64,000 nucleotides of DNA from an uncultured Gemmatimonadales bacterium (GTDB taxonomy: Bacteria; Gemmatimonadota; Gemmatimonadetes; Longimicrobiales; Gaopeijiaceae): positions 480,001-544,000 of the forward strand of contig CAWELD010000010.1 in NCBI GenBank assembly GCA_963809895.1, in the 5' to 3' direction. Within the stretch, counting starts at the first letter, position 1. Every line of letters starts with the position of its first letter. Below, in pieces: positions 29,901 through 39,950 of this stretch. Made by a program: the position numbers and the translations under genes. The notes below the pieces were generated by a model. It was not told the origin of the DNA, did not search any database, and worked only from the letters and a program-made list of their open reading frames with translations.

Positions 29901-30715
29901 AAGAGAGCATCTCCCTCGGTCCAATCGGTGTCGGCCGAGGCCGCGGCGGCGGGATCGACCCGATCCGATCCCCCAGGGCCCGCGAACTCGGTGATGCGGC
30001 CACTTCGGAGGTCCTCCATGAGGCGTTGCGTCTCGGGGGCGGGGGCCGAACCCCAGGCCTCCTCCAGCCGTTGGACGAAGCCTTCGTAGAGGTTCAGCGC
30101 ACCGGCGTGGTCGCCGGCGCGCACGTGGAGGCTCAGGAGGTCGCGTAGGGCGCGCTCGTCGTTCGGGGTGATCTCGAGCGCCCGCCGGCCCCAGGTGATG
30201 GCCACGGTCAACGCACCTTCGCCTTCGTGTCGCCGGGCCAGCTCGCGGGCGCCGCGGGCGGCGAGCGCACGGAGTGCCGCGCGCTCCGTTTCCATCCAGC
30301 GCTCGAAGCCGTCCGCGCCCTCGACGAAGAACCCCCGCAGGAAGTCGCCGCGGTAGAGGGCGAGAGCGTCGTCCCAACGTTCCGCTTCCGCGGCGGCCCG
30401 GAACGCGGAAGCGTCGCACCAGACGAGCTCAGGATCCACGCCCACGTCTTCGGCGCTCCGGCGCACCAGGGCTTCCGCGCCGAGTGCCTGACGAAGGAAG
30501 CGCAGGGACTGGTTGAGGGCATCGCGGGCACGTGCCTCGCTCAACTCGGGCCAGAAGAGGGCCAGCAGCCGATCGCGGCGCTGCACGCCGCGCGGCCGGG
30601 CGGCGGCCAGATAGGTGAGGAGCGCGAACCGTTTCGGCTGGGCGAGGACCGGCGACACCTCGGAGCCGTCGGGGGCCCGGAGGTCCGTCAACCCGAAGGT
30701 GCGCAGGCGAATCAT
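26972..30715 (-). CDS. SARP/BTAD + Ser/Thr kinase + TM + TolB-N/TPR multidomain regulator
   Basis: QPKRFALLTYL, ALYRGDFL; GAGGSATV, VAVK, HRDIKPEN, DFG; VAVLPF; TPR-like helices. Confidence 0.88.
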   Translation of the reverse strand: MIRLRTFGLTDLRAPDGSEVSPVLAQPKRFALLTYLAAARPRGVQRRDRLLALFWPELSEARARDALNQSLRFLRQALGAEALVRRSAEDVGVDPELVWCDASAFRAAAEAERWDDALALYRGDFLRGFFVEGADGFERWMETERAALRALAARGARELARRHEGEGALTVAITWGRRALEITPNDERALRDLLSLHVRAGDHAGALNLYEGFVQRLEEAWGSAPAPETQRLMEDLRSGRITEFAGPGGSDRVDPAAAASADTDWTEGDALFGEHYRIERALGAGGSATVYLARDLKHDRFVAVKVLAPEMTEGLARDRFLREIRIASQLQHPGIVPLFDSGEVNGRLYYVMPVVPGETLRRRLRRGPMEPAEVIQVLREVAESLRHAHELGVIHRDIKPENILLVGPRALVADFGIARAAEAARIPGEGDGVLLTQTGTSLGTPTYTSPEQAAGDPRVSHLADLYSLGVVGYELLTGRPPFISDTPQQILAEKLTREAPDLLELRPDAPPWLASLLMRCLEREPAQRPQSAEILAGELSAEHPLRQDSSPGVRSVARPWLRLMALTSRISPRAWKASALVAALLAAGLWAVAEAGGGGGDPNLVAVLPFRVAGGGPALEELSEGVVDLSAIYLTGDDGGLRAVEPATLFRTWNAHGGHASDPELDDDDAVAIARDLGAGWVLRGSFVGAGDDVLLRASLAPVGAGQVLHVSVTGPTDSLLAHVPRLLGRLLAQLDGIPPDQSGSLTTSSLTATRAYLVGQRHYRRGEYDLAVDRFTEALELDPSFALAGLGLLMAHEWSGNAAEATARLATETAWRNRQRLRAKDRALVEAIVGPNGPEPSALADVQAAREHAAVVAADRFEAWYLLADHLFHVGALLGIDRPLERADEAFRRSLALDPGQAGVLQHLIQIAARRGDTARVRSLWTEYRAAVPDPAVRFKDEWLVGQVLGDSALARGALEHFDGSDTAFTGLSSLVFSVALFPELIGPLRALLEHMDHVVQRREHREELAVMRRWLALDAGRPREADEQMPDVGPQATPSQTIVDELFWGGTPVAGSHEIARLGDGPDVCALGLMDARAGRWEAVDKAVTRLGDFTGSGMGTLPERQARVCGRILEAAHAQGTGRPEARRMILAVDTLLLTVPYLQLMWENLEVAKMLEGEGEYARAEAAAGRFRVGLGYPHYLAAYLREGGRMAVLAGHRDRAVSLYTQYLTLRADPEPAMAAEVAEVRSALDRLSAGSPTARIP

Positions 30716-30927
30716 GGATCCCCCGAACGTGGCGATGCACCTGACCGCGCCGCCGCTCCAGGAACCGCGCGGCTCCGGCGCCAATGTAGTCCCGGCTTTC
30801 CGAGAGCGACAATCCTGGGTTTTCGGCGGCGGGATGCCGGATCAGTGCGGGGTCAGAGGTGGGTCACCGCGTGAGCGCATCGTCGGTTCCTGTCGGTTCG
30901 CGGCCTCATCCCTCAAGGAGCCCTCCC

Positions 30928-33238
30928 ATGGATCGGACCCTCCTATCGCGGACGGCGGCGTTCGTCGTCGTCGCCCTCCTCTCCGTGACCACGCTGTCGT
31001 GTTCGGACTCCTCACCGCCCGTGTCTCCGGAGCTGAACCTGCCCGGGCCCGCCCGCCAGATCGTCGACGCGGCACACTCTGGCGGGAATGCGCACTTCTT
31101 CTGGCTTCCGCCCATGGTGGCCCAGCCCTCGGGCTTCAATGGCGCCTTCGACCCGTCGCTGTCGCCGGTGGTGCGCGTGTGCGACCTGTCCGACTGCGAC
31201 TCGCAGGTCGTGGCGGAGTTCACCACGGCCTCGGGCACCGGCTCCGAGGCTGTCCAGCTGGAGAGCGACCACTACGTGGTGGACTGGCACGTGGACGATT
31301 CCGGCGTGGTTCCCGGGCCGACCTACCGGATCCGCGTCCTGGCAGGTGGCACGCAGCTCGGCCTGGCGGACGTCCAGTTCGGCGAGAACGGGAAGGAGGC
31401 CCGGAACCTCACCACGAACGAGGTCATCGGGCTGAACGAGGGGCGCACGCTGCCCATCAAGTTCCGCATCGAGGAAGGCGCCGTATTCGTGGTCTCGCCG
31501 GCGGACGGCGGCACGGTCGAGGCTCTGGAGGGCACGGTCAATCTGGCGATCCCGCCCGGCGCCCTCACCGAGGAGACCGGCGTGACCGTGGAGTCCGCCG
31601 AGCCCACGGGAGAGGCGCTGGTAGCGGTGGACTTCGGTCCCGACGGACTCACGTTCGAGGAGCCGGTTCCGGTCACCATCGGCTACGATCCGCTGATGCT
31701 TCCGCCGGGGCTCGCGGAGTCCGATCTCGCGCTAAATCTGCTCGACGGACTGGGCCGCTGGATCGTGCTTCCCGGTAGCGTGGTGGATCCCGCGACGCAC
31801 ACCGTGACGGCCCCCTTCTATCACTTCTCCACCGGCGGGGTCGGTGCGGCCTCCCTCGCCGTGTTCTGCCCGGATGACGGCGATCCGGCGACCTTCGACG
31901 ATCTCACCGCGGCCGTGGACGCCGTCCGGAGAGGCGGCACCGTCGAGGTCTGCGAGGGCACGCACACCGTTCAGGGTGAGCTGGTGGATCGGCCGATCAC
32001 GATCCAGGGTGCGGCGGGCTCCAGGCCTACGTTCATCCACGGACGTTCAGGTCGGCCTCGCCGCGGCGCCTCCGTCGGGCACGCTGACGCTCCGGAATCT
32101 CCGGTTCGAGACCGCCTGGAACTTCGGCTCCGACAACCCGCACGGGTCCGCCCTCGTGGTCGGATTCGTCGACGGGACGAGGATGTCCTATGACCAGGTG
32201 GTGATCGAAGACGTGGATCTGGATGTGCCGGACGGGCCTTCCGGGGGGCACCCGGGATCCGGGGCGTGGATCTTTCCGAGCCCAACGAACGGCGCTCACG
32301 TCACGCTCCGGAACGTGACCGAGAGCGGTGGAACGTACGCTCTGTATGTCTTTGCCCCGGGCCCCGCGACCCGAGGCGCGTCGGTGCGCGTCGAAAGCTC
32401 GTCGTTCTGGAACCCGGGACGTCCCGGCATCGTGGTCTTGGATGCATCGGGAAATTCCGCCCAGGGGGCCATCAACGACGTCGACATCGACAACGTCACC
32501 GTGACAGCGGACCTCGGCGTCTTCGCCACGCGAAATAGTAGTGGCGTGGGGGGGCGTGTCGACGTCACGAACTCGACGTTCAGCGGCGGCGCGCTCTGGT
32601 ATCAGAGCGGCGCGACGGGGCTCATCCAGGGCAACACGATAGACTGCGGCCATGCCGCCGCCTGCATCCGTGTCCGATCCGGCGCAAACACCAGCGCCCC
32701 GGAGCCGTTGCGCGTGATCGGAAACCATCTCGTCGGCGCAACCCGGGACGCGCTGTGGCTCACGGAGCTGGACGCAGGGCCGTTCGAGATCCGCGACAAC
32801 CAGCTCGACGGAAGCTGGGCGGGAGGGGACCGGACCGACCCCTTCAGCTATTCGTTCAGAGGCAGCGGCATCCGTGTGGAGAACACCCAGACGGCCGGGG
32901 TCGTGACCGGCAATCTCATCACGGGAGCCTATCAGGCGATCTCCGTGGACGGTGGCTCGGCCGGTGTCTCGGCCCAGGACAATACCATCGCGACGGTCTG
33001 GTCGGGCGTGAGCGTGGCGTACGGCGGACAGCTGTCCGTGCACAGCAGTGACATCACCGACTACCTGGTGCCCATCGGAACGGACGGTGCGTTCGCCACG
33101 GGTGACCTCACCTGCAACTGGTGGGGAGACGCGGGCGGTCCGATAGACGTCGATCCGGGAATCGCCACGGGTGTCTTCACGCCGTGGGCGATCGCCTCGG
33201 TGGCGGGTACCGGCACCACGAGTTGCAGTGGCGGTTGA
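30928..33238 (+). CDS. Large secreted lipoprotein with ZU5-like and right-handed beta-helix regions (frameshift near 32038)
   Basis: Lipobox LSC; LAIPPGAL/FGPDGLTF/HFS; Asn-ladder repeats and CNWWG in the second frame. Confidence 0.6.
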
Positions 33239-33403
33239 GCCGGCGCTGCAGGCATGAAGCGGTCGGTGGGATCGCGGTGCGTGACGTCCGACGGGCGGAC
33301 GGATCGCGCCGCGATCCCGCGGCCACCGGGATGGGGTGGCTGTCCAAGCGCACCGAAGGGCCTCGGTTGCGGATTTGGTGTTCACGAGGCTATTCGTGCC
33401 ACC

Positions 33404-34549
33404 ATGAAGAAGACGCTCGTCGCCTTTGTCGTGGCCATCTGGGCGCTGCCGGCGTCTGCGCAGCAGATGCCCGGGACCCTGCAATCACTCGACACGATCT
33501 ATCGGTTGGATGGCGAGGAGCTGGTGCTCGAAGCCGTGCCCACGGTGCTGCCGCTCCCGGATGGCTCCATGGTGCTGCCGCAACGAGACGCGGCCGAGCT
33601 GCGACGCTTCCTTCCCACTGGTCAGGAGCTGCTGCCGGCGCTGGGCGGAAAGGGGGCCGGGCCGGGCGAGTACGACCTCATCAACACCCTGGGGTGGAAG
33701 GGCGACTCGCTGTGGGTGTTCGACGGGCGCCAGAACCGCTTCACGCTCTATCCCGATTACGGCAGCGGCGAGCCCAACACCTACATGGGCGTGCATGCAG
33801 ACTCTCCTCCGGGCGGCGTCCTTCCCAATTCACCCCTGGTGCTTCCGATCGCGCTCCGACCGGACGGTGCCGTGCTCGGGCTCCTGGTGGGGCCTTCCTG
33901 GCCCACGGGCGACCAGGGTGAGGGCCAGACCATCGCATTGGTCGGTCCCGATCAGAAGACGCAGAGGGTCGTGGCGCGACTTGTCACGACGGCGGATGCC
34001 GAGAGAGACGGCAGCTCCACCTACGTGTTCCTGGATCCATTCGCCCATCAGCCGGTCCGAGCCGTGTCGGCCGATGGCGGATGGTTCGCGTTGGTCCAGT
34101 CACGAGCGCCGCGGCTGGATGGCCTCTTTCCCCAATCGATCCTCATGTTCGATGCCCAGGGGGATACTGCCTGGACGACCGAGATTATGGTGCGCGGAGC
34201 CGCGATTTCGGAGCACGCCAGACGGGAGCTCGTTGGGCAGGTGGCCGAGTTGTACCCGCAGGGCGTGCGCGGGCGGTATCTGAAGTGGATGGAGGGTGAA
34301 GACCGGGCGACGTTCTATCCGCCGGTTCGTGCGGCAGCCCTCGACATCGACGGCTCGCTCTGGCTCCAGCTCCGCGTGTCCGAGGAGAGCACGCAGGTTG
34401 TGCGAATCGGACCGGACGGTCGCCGGCCTTCCAGTGTTCCCGTGCCCGCCAACTCGATCCTCCGGGCGGTCCTGGGCCGACGCCTCTGGTTCGTGACCAG
34501 CGACGAGTTCGACGTCGAGAGCGTGGTGGCGGTGCGGGTCGGGGGGTGA
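33404..34549 (+). CDS. Secreted 6-bladed beta-propeller-like protein
   Basis: Signal peptide; GGKGAGPGEY, LWVFD, DEFDVESV C-terminus. Confidence 0.75.
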   Translation: MKKTLVAFVVAIWALPASAQQMPGTLQSLDTIYRLDGEELVLEAVPTVLPLPDGSMVLPQRDAAELRRFLPTGQELLPALGGKGAGPGEYDLINTLGWKGDSLWVFDGRQNRFTLYPDYGSGEPNTYMGVHADSPPGGVLPNSPLVLPIALRPDGAVLGLLVGPSWPTGDQGEGQTIALVGPDQKTQRVVARLVTTADAERDGSSTYVFLDPFAHQPVRAVSADGGWFALVQSRAPRLDGLFPQSILMFDAQGDTAWTTEIMVRGAAISEHARRELVGQVAELYPQGVRGRYLKWMEGEDRATFYPPVRAAALDIDGSLWLQLRVSEESTQVVRIGPDGRRPSSVPVPANSILRAVLGRRLWFVTSDEFDVESVVAVRVGG

Positions 34550-34592
34550 CGATTCGCCGGGGACAGGCTCGAGCGACGCCCCCGCGGTTCCC

Positions 34593-34976
34593 CTATCCGC
34601 CGAAGGCCGCGGCCAGACCCCGATCGAAGGTGCGGATGCGTTCGATGTCGCGGCGTCGGCAGCAGGCGAGGTGAAGGAGGTCCCGGGCCGTGAGCCCGGG
34701 GTTCGCGCCCACGAGCGAGCGGGCCAGATCCACGTCTTCCCAATCCACGGACCAGATCTCGCCCACCTGGGTGCGCGCCAGCGTGAGCGCGGCATCCAGC
34801 GTCTCCATCCGGTTCAGCGGCAGGTAGGCGTGCCGCAGCTCCTGGAGCACCTCCGCGGAGGTGACCAGCGTTTCAGCTGAAACGCGCTCCCGCAGGAAGA
34901 ACGCCCGCGCCTCTTCCTTCAAGGGATGCTCCCGACCCACGGCGTACATGAAGACGTTGGTGTCGACGAAGATCAT
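34593..34976 (-). CDS. vapC: VapC PIN toxin, duplicate copy with deleted antitoxin
   Basis: MIFVDTNVF, EVLQE, RDLLH, TFD; 3 aa differences from 46412-46795. Confidence 0.85.
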   Translation of the reverse strand: MIFVDTNVFMYAVGREHPLKEEARAFFLRERVSAETLVTSAEVLQELRHAYLPLNRMETLDAALTLARTQVGEIWSVDWEDVDLARSLVGANPGLTARDLLHLACCRRRDIERIRTFDRGLAAAFGG

Positions 34977-35075
34977 GTCCCGCTTCCGCCGGAGCGCTGG
35001 GAGTCGCCGATGAGCCGCTTGTGCTGGTCCCAATCCGGTTCCCGGCCGTCGCACTCGTCGGGATTTGCGACAAGA
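34973..35075 (-). pseudogene. Antitoxin remnant (only the 3' end left)
   Basis: Matches 46792-46891, then jumps to 47121-47137. Confidence 0.8.
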
Positions 35076-35156
35076 TCCTACGATCGGAGATGCTTGACTT
35101 TCTGATAGACTGCGACGCATGATAGAAGCCCCCCCCAAGGGACAGGGAGGAGAGAC

Positions 35157-35520
35157 GTGAGAGGGAATCGTGGGAGGCGGCTCGGATCCGCCACGAGCGC
35201 AGCACTGGCGCTGATGATGCTGGCTGGGTGTCAGGACGATCTGGCACTGGGTGCCAGGGTTCGCTGGCGTGTTTCTCGACCAAGATGGAAACGCTGTAGT
35301 GAGCCTCGCCCGGCCGGGCGCCGAAGCGGCTGCCACGGCATGGGTCCACGGGAGGGGACCGGAGCACGCACAACGTCCTGTGCGCTTCAGGTCGGTGGAG
35401 TTCTCGTTCGACCAGTTGAGTGACTGGCGTGATGAGGTGATGGCTCAGGCCGGGCCTGATGCGGTCCTCTTCGATGTCGACGAACTGAGGAACGGGGTGA
35501 CCATCGGCGTCACCACCTTG
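35157..35520 (+). pseudogene. Truncated lipoprotein fragment (protease pro-region-like)
   Basis: LAGC lipobox; VPGFAGVFLD, FSFDQL, DVDELRNGVTIGV in another frame. Confidence 0.4.
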
Positions 35521-35567
35521 CTTGGGACGATTTTCGCAGTATATACTCAAGATAGCGTATTGCCTCG

Positions 35568-36410
35568 ATGATTGGGGGAAGCATGTGGCATTCAGCGGTT
35601 CCCGTGCTCGTGCGTTCGGACCGGCTCAGGCAACGGCTTGTCCAGTTCTCCTGGCCAGCGGAAGTCGAGCTTCTCGTGTTCTCTGAGACCGCCGATCTGG
35701 CCAATCTCCCGGAGCCGTGCGGGGTCTTCTTGGTCGAGGACCAGGTTCTTCGCGAGTCGTCGATTCGTTCCGCGCTCGCTGCGTGCCTTCTCCGGGCCCG
35801 GACCTTGCGATGTATCTTGGTGCTCTCGACCTCGACCAGACCACTCTTCCTGCGGTCCCTCGCTGGCCGCGGCAGAGTCGCGGGGGTGCCTCCAGACGCG
35901 AAGACACTCCCGGAGCGGGTGATGCGAATGAAGTTACAATCATGGCGAGATCGCATGGTCTCCCGGATTCGGGCGGCACGCTACCCGCCCTTTCTCCTCC
36001 GGGAGGCCCTCGTTCTCTTGCTTCGGCAGGGTGTCTCAGAGGACTTTGGGCACCGCCTCCGCACCGTTACGGCGGTCGCCGAGAGACTCGGCGTCCGACG
36101 CGAGACACTGTCCCGTTTGAGCAGCGCGCATCGAATTCAAATACCGGACTTCGCAGACGCATGCCTGATCGTGGGGGTTCTCTCCGAGGCGGCCATTGCC
36201 AAGACCCCGTGGGTGGAGCTGTCGATTCGCCTGGGCTACGCTTGGCAGTCTGGCCTGGTCGAACTTGTGAAGCGTGGCCTCGGCGTTGCACCTGGCGAGG
36301 CTAAGCATGTTTGGCTTGGAAACCTCGCGCGCTGGTGGGAAACCACAGCGCTTGTCCCCGCTCTCCAGTCGACATCGATGAGGAACACGGACCTTGATCA
36401 CACCGGCTGA
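35568..36410 (+). CDS. HTH (AraC-like) transcriptional regulator with degenerate N-terminal domain
   Basis: TVTAVAERLGVRRETLSR; WVELSIRLGY; LVKRGLGVAP. Confidence 0.6.
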   Translation: MIGGSMWHSAVPVLVRSDRLRQRLVQFSWPAEVELLVFSETADLANLPEPCGVFLVEDQVLRESSIRSALAACLLRARTLRCILVLSTSTRPLFLRSLAGRGRVAGVPPDAKTLPERVMRMKLQSWRDRMVSRIRAARYPPFLLREALVLLLRQGVSEDFGHRLRTVTAVAERLGVRRETLSRLSSAHRIQIPDFADACLIVGVLSEAAIAKTPWVELSIRLGYAWQSGLVELVKRGLGVAPGEAKHVWLGNLARWWETTALVPALQSTSMRNTDLDHTG

Positions 36411-36527
36411 AGACCGCGCACGCGGAGCGTAACGCGGCTGCCACGTTCGGCGCACTCTTGAGGGGCCCAAGGAGCGCGCTACGTCGAAAGCTGCCCTCCG
36501 ATCTTTCACTGACACTGGGAGGTGCCC

Positions 36528-36809
36528 ATGTTTGCACGCCTGCGATTGACGCTGGCGCTTGGTTCTGTCGTGCTCGCGATGTACATGTTGATTGGTGCGA
36601 GTCCCGCGAGTGCGATCACCTTCACTAGCTTGGCGGAATGCACAGCGCACCCCTCCCAAAACACCTGCTGCCAGTGCGCAGGGGTCGGACCCAACCCTGA
36701 ATCTGGTTCAAAATTCTGCTATCAGAGTGACCCCGGTCAAGGCGGGACTGATTGGTGTAACGACGAGGTCTGTCCATACGAGGACCCACCCTGCGGTATC
36801 GTCGAGTGA
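36528..36809 (+). CDS. Small secreted cysteine-rich protein (8 Cys, ~64 aa mature)
   Basis: GGGAGG Shine-Dalgarno; Sec signal ending ASA; stop overlaps the next ORF. Confidence 0.8.
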   Translation: MFARLRLTLALGSVVLAMYMLIGASPASAITFTSLAECTAHPSQNTCCQCAGVGPNPESGSKFCYQSDPGQGGTDWCNDEVCPYEDPPCGIVE

Positions 36810-38017
36810 TGTCGGCTCGGAACGGGGCACGGGAGTACGTCCCGTGCCCCGTTCATGCGAAGAGGTTCGCTAGTCGTCCGGCTGCATCGCAGTCCGGATT
36901 CCACCTTGCGGAGATCCTCTCGATCCTCGCCATTTTGATCTCGGTGGCTGGCTGCCAACCCGATCACTCACCCCTTTTTTTCGGGGGCGAGGAACCCCGC
37001 GACCTTGGCGCGGCGCTCCAAGGTGCCCCGTCCGTGAAATCGTGGGACCTCGTGGAGCAATGGGGCGCCCTAGATGGCCCACAAGCGTTCTCCGTGATCA
37101 ACGATGTCGCGGTCTCAAGAGACTCGGTTCTGGCAGTCGCTGACCGTTACACGTGCAGGGTGATCCTGATTGACATTCCGACTGACTCCACTTGGTCCAT
37201 CGGCGGCTGCGGCCGGGGCCCGGGCGAGTTCCAAGACATCAACGCCTTGGCGTTTCAGGGGAGCACCCGCTTGTGGCTGTCCGACCGAGGGCAAGGAAAG
37301 GTCGCTCTCGTCAATCTACGGACGGGAACGGTAGAGAAGGAGCGTCCACTGGATGCAATACTCCCAGGCCTAGGTGCGATAGCCGCACGCGAAATCGTCC
37401 CAATTCGCGGTGACACGGTGCTTCTAGGCTTGAAACTCCTTCCATCTCAGACCCGTGGGAGACTGCTCGTCGCCAAAGTCGACTTCGAGACAGAGACCCT
37501 CTTGAGACGATTCGTCGCTGATCCCGCGATGTCGGTTGACACCAGATGGTCGTGGGGCCCGAGCGTCCACATTTGCGGCTCACGAGATTTTTGGGCGGTT
37601 GCCAATGAGTGGACTTCGCAGGTGCAGGTCTACTCCATCGCCACGGGCCAGCTCCTGTCGAATGTAAACCTCCCGACTACTTGGTGGATCCCTGTCGACG
37701 ATGGAGCAGAGCCGAACAGTCTTATCGCTCCATCCCAGGATCCGAGAATACTGTGCACGGAGAGCTCGATAGCCATCAACCACAAGGAGTGGCTTGTGAT
37801 TGACCGTCGCCTCACGATTCCTCACTCACGACTGGTTCTGATGGACCCTAGCGGGACAATCAGGCTCGTCGACGAGGCGGAGGCCCCCACGCACGGCTCG
37901 CCTCACACACTAACCCTGGGTGCGATTTTGGGAGATCTACTCTTCGGATATACCACCAGCCTCTTCGACTACCCCATAGTGCGCGCATACCGTCTGCAGG
38001 AGCTTGAAGATGAGTAA
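36806..38017 (+). CDS. 6-bladed beta-propeller-like lipoprotein
   Basis: VAGC lipobox; FSVINDVAV, GGCGRGPGEF; start codon uncertain. Confidence 0.75.
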   Translation: MMSARNGAREYVPCPVHAKRFASRPAASQSGFHLAEILSILAILISVAGCQPDHSPLFFGGEEPRDLGAALQGAPSVKSWDLVEQWGALDGPQAFSVINDVAVSRDSVLAVADRYTCRVILIDIPTDSTWSIGGCGRGPGEFQDINALAFQGSTRLWLSDRGQGKVALVNLRTGTVEKERPLDAILPGLGAIAAREIVPIRGDTVLLGLKLLPSQTRGRLLVAKVDFETETLLRRFVADPAMSVDTRWSWGPSVHICGSRDFWAVANEWTSQVQVYSIATGQLLSNVNLPTTWWIPVDDGAEPNSLIAPSQDPRILCTESSIAINHKEWLVIDRRLTIPHSRLVLMDPSGTIRLVDEAEAPTHGSPHTLTLGAILGDLLFGYTTSLFDYPIVRAYRLQELEDE

Positions 38018-38666
38018 GCAGTCTAGGGTGAGGCGAGCGGCACTCGAATGGTCGCTGGTTTTGCTCATCGTCTGTCTAACGCTAGCGCTGTACATGGAAC
38101 GTCGGGATGCGGGCACTTTGGTGGCGTCCGCAGAACGGATCGTTAAGGAGCGAGATAAGGCGAACACGGAGCTTGAGCACCTGTCATATTTCTTCCGGTC
38201 CCAGGCCGCCCACATCGGTTCGCCCTTCGCCAGGGGCATCGACGTGGTTGGCGATACCGCGATCCAGTTCGTCCGGCCCCACGATGGCCTCTACTATGCG
38301 ATGCAGACGTCCTGCCCCGCTTGTTCACGGAATTTTCCATTCATCGAGCGGCTCCGGCGAGAATCGCCAGAGACCTTCGGCGTGTTCATCTTGTCCTTCA
38401 CTGATTCCGCCTCAGTGTTGCGCGAATATGCTCTCGAGCAACGCCTAGCTTCACCCGTCCTAGCGCAGCTTGCTGGAGGCATAACTGAGCTATTCCCCGG
38501 ATATGGAACGCCATTCGCCATCGCGGTGTTGGACGGGTGCATCGTCCTGACGGCGGCCGGCGAGTTCAGTCCGTCGGAACAGAGAGAGTTCGAGATTCTA
38601 GCGCGAGAACGACCCGTCCGTCGTTCAGAGCCCCCGACGAGAATGAAACCTGTGAGCGCATGCTAA
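38010..38666 (+). CDS. Membrane-anchored thioredoxin-like (TlpA/ResA-type) protein
   Basis: N-terminal TM helix, coiled region, TSCPAC, cis-Pro motif GTP. Confidence 0.7.
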   Translation: MSKQSRVRRAALEWSLVLLIVCLTLALYMERRDAGTLVASAERIVKERDKANTELEHLSYFFRSQAAHIGSPFARGIDVVGDTAIQFVRPHDGLYYAMQTSCPACSRNFPFIERLRRESPETFGVFILSFTDSASVLREYALEQRLASPVLAQLAGGITELFPGYGTPFAIAVLDGCIVLTAAGEFSPSEQREFEILARERPVRRSEPPTRMKPVSAC

Positions 38667-38674
38667 CCGGGTAA

Positions 38675-38764
38675 CTGGTGCTCGAAGCCGTGCCCACGGT
38701 CCTGCCGCTCCCGGATGGCTCCATGGTGCTGCCGCAACGAGACGCGGCCGAGCTGCGACGATTC
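38675..38764 (+). repeat. 90-bp copy of beta-propeller gene segment 33521-33610
   Basis: LVLEAVPTVLPLPDGSMVLPQRDAAELRRF. Confidence 0.9.
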
Positions 38765-39800
38765 AGGGCGTGCCCCTGGAGGCCGTGGCGTGCGGTGTCT
38801 GCCCCTCGTGCACCAACCGGCGCATGGCCGAGGTGGCGGCACACCTCTGCGACCGGGTGATCCCTGCCGTGTCCGTGCGCCAGTGGGTCCTCTCCGTCCC
38901 GAAGCGGCTGCGGCCGCACCTCGCAATCCTCACGGAGCCCGACGCAGCAGATATGCTGGAGTTGCGTGGAACCGGTGGCTTCAGCGTCGACGGCTCCGTG
39001 CGCATCACCGCGCACGACCGGGCCGGGCTCGAGCGATGTCGCCCTCCGCCTCGCTCCGCTCGAGCTGCTCCAGCGGCTCGCCCGCCTGATCCCCCCTCCG
39101 CGACTGCACCGGCACCGCTACCACGGCGTCTTCGCCCCGCACTCCAGCTGGCGCTCGGACGTCGTGCGCTTCGCGAGGGAGACGACGCAGGACCCCGAGC
39201 CCCACGCCCTCCCCTCGCCTCCGGGGGCCACCCCCGCCCCCTGCGCCCACGGCGCTTCACGCGCCCGCTCCCGATGGGCCCGTCTCCTGGCCCGCGTCTA
39301 TGAGGTCGACCCGCTGCGGTGCCCGTCCTGCCATGGGGAGATGCGCGTCGTCTCCTTCCTCACCGACCCACCCGTCGTCCGCCGGATCCTCCGGCACCTC
39401 AACCTCCCCGAACATCCACCGCCCCTCGCACCGGCTCGAGGGCCGCCCCAGCGCGAGCTCCTCGCCGTCGATCCTCCCTCTCCCTGCGATCTCGGCCCTG
39501 CGCCTTCCTCCGGGCGCGACCCCTTCGACCAGAGCCTCCCCGGCGACGACGGCACTTGGTCCGCTTGAGACGGCTGCTGAAGCCTGGGGTGCGGCCGCCG
39601 CCTCGCCGAAGCCCGCCCATCCAGCCATCCAGATGCCGCATTCGCGCATCGCCCGCCTCCAGGGGTGCCCGACGCCCCTACCGGTTCATCCAGACCGCCC
39701 GCCTGCTGCCGTTCTGCCTGACACGAGCGCCTTGCCGACACGAAGCTCACCCCCGTATCCTGCGCCCAGGTGGTCCCACCCCGTTTGAACTTCCTATTCC
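38765..39800 (+). mobile_element. Internally deleted IS91/ISCR element with an oriIS-like right end
   Basis: CPSC..RQWVLS, GGFSVD, LIPPPRLHRHRYHGVFAP, WARLLARVYEVD..CP.C; ends GTTTGAACTTCCTATTCC. Confidence 0.85.
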
Positions 39801-39950
39801 TAGCAACGGTCTGATTACGCTGCACGAGGGCCGGCAGAGTGTTCAGGTGCGACGATGCCCCGAGCGGATCGTAGCCGACCTGCCGCTCCGTCCTTCTGTA
39901 TTCTCTGAGGTGGCATCACTCGTCTGAGTTTCCGCGTTCGAGGACTAGCT

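Noticed and set aside
32030..32045. Programmed frameshift in the beta-helix gene (also at 7112, 7542 and 10970)
   Set aside because: No slippery heptamer; single-base indels in short runs look like sequencing error or simple mutation
36528..38666. Classical RiPP cluster (lanthipeptide, sactipeptide or ranthipeptide)
   Set aside because: No LanB/C/M, radical SAM, YcaO or peptidase-ABC exporter; Sec signal peptides and a thioredoxin-like partner point to disulfides instead
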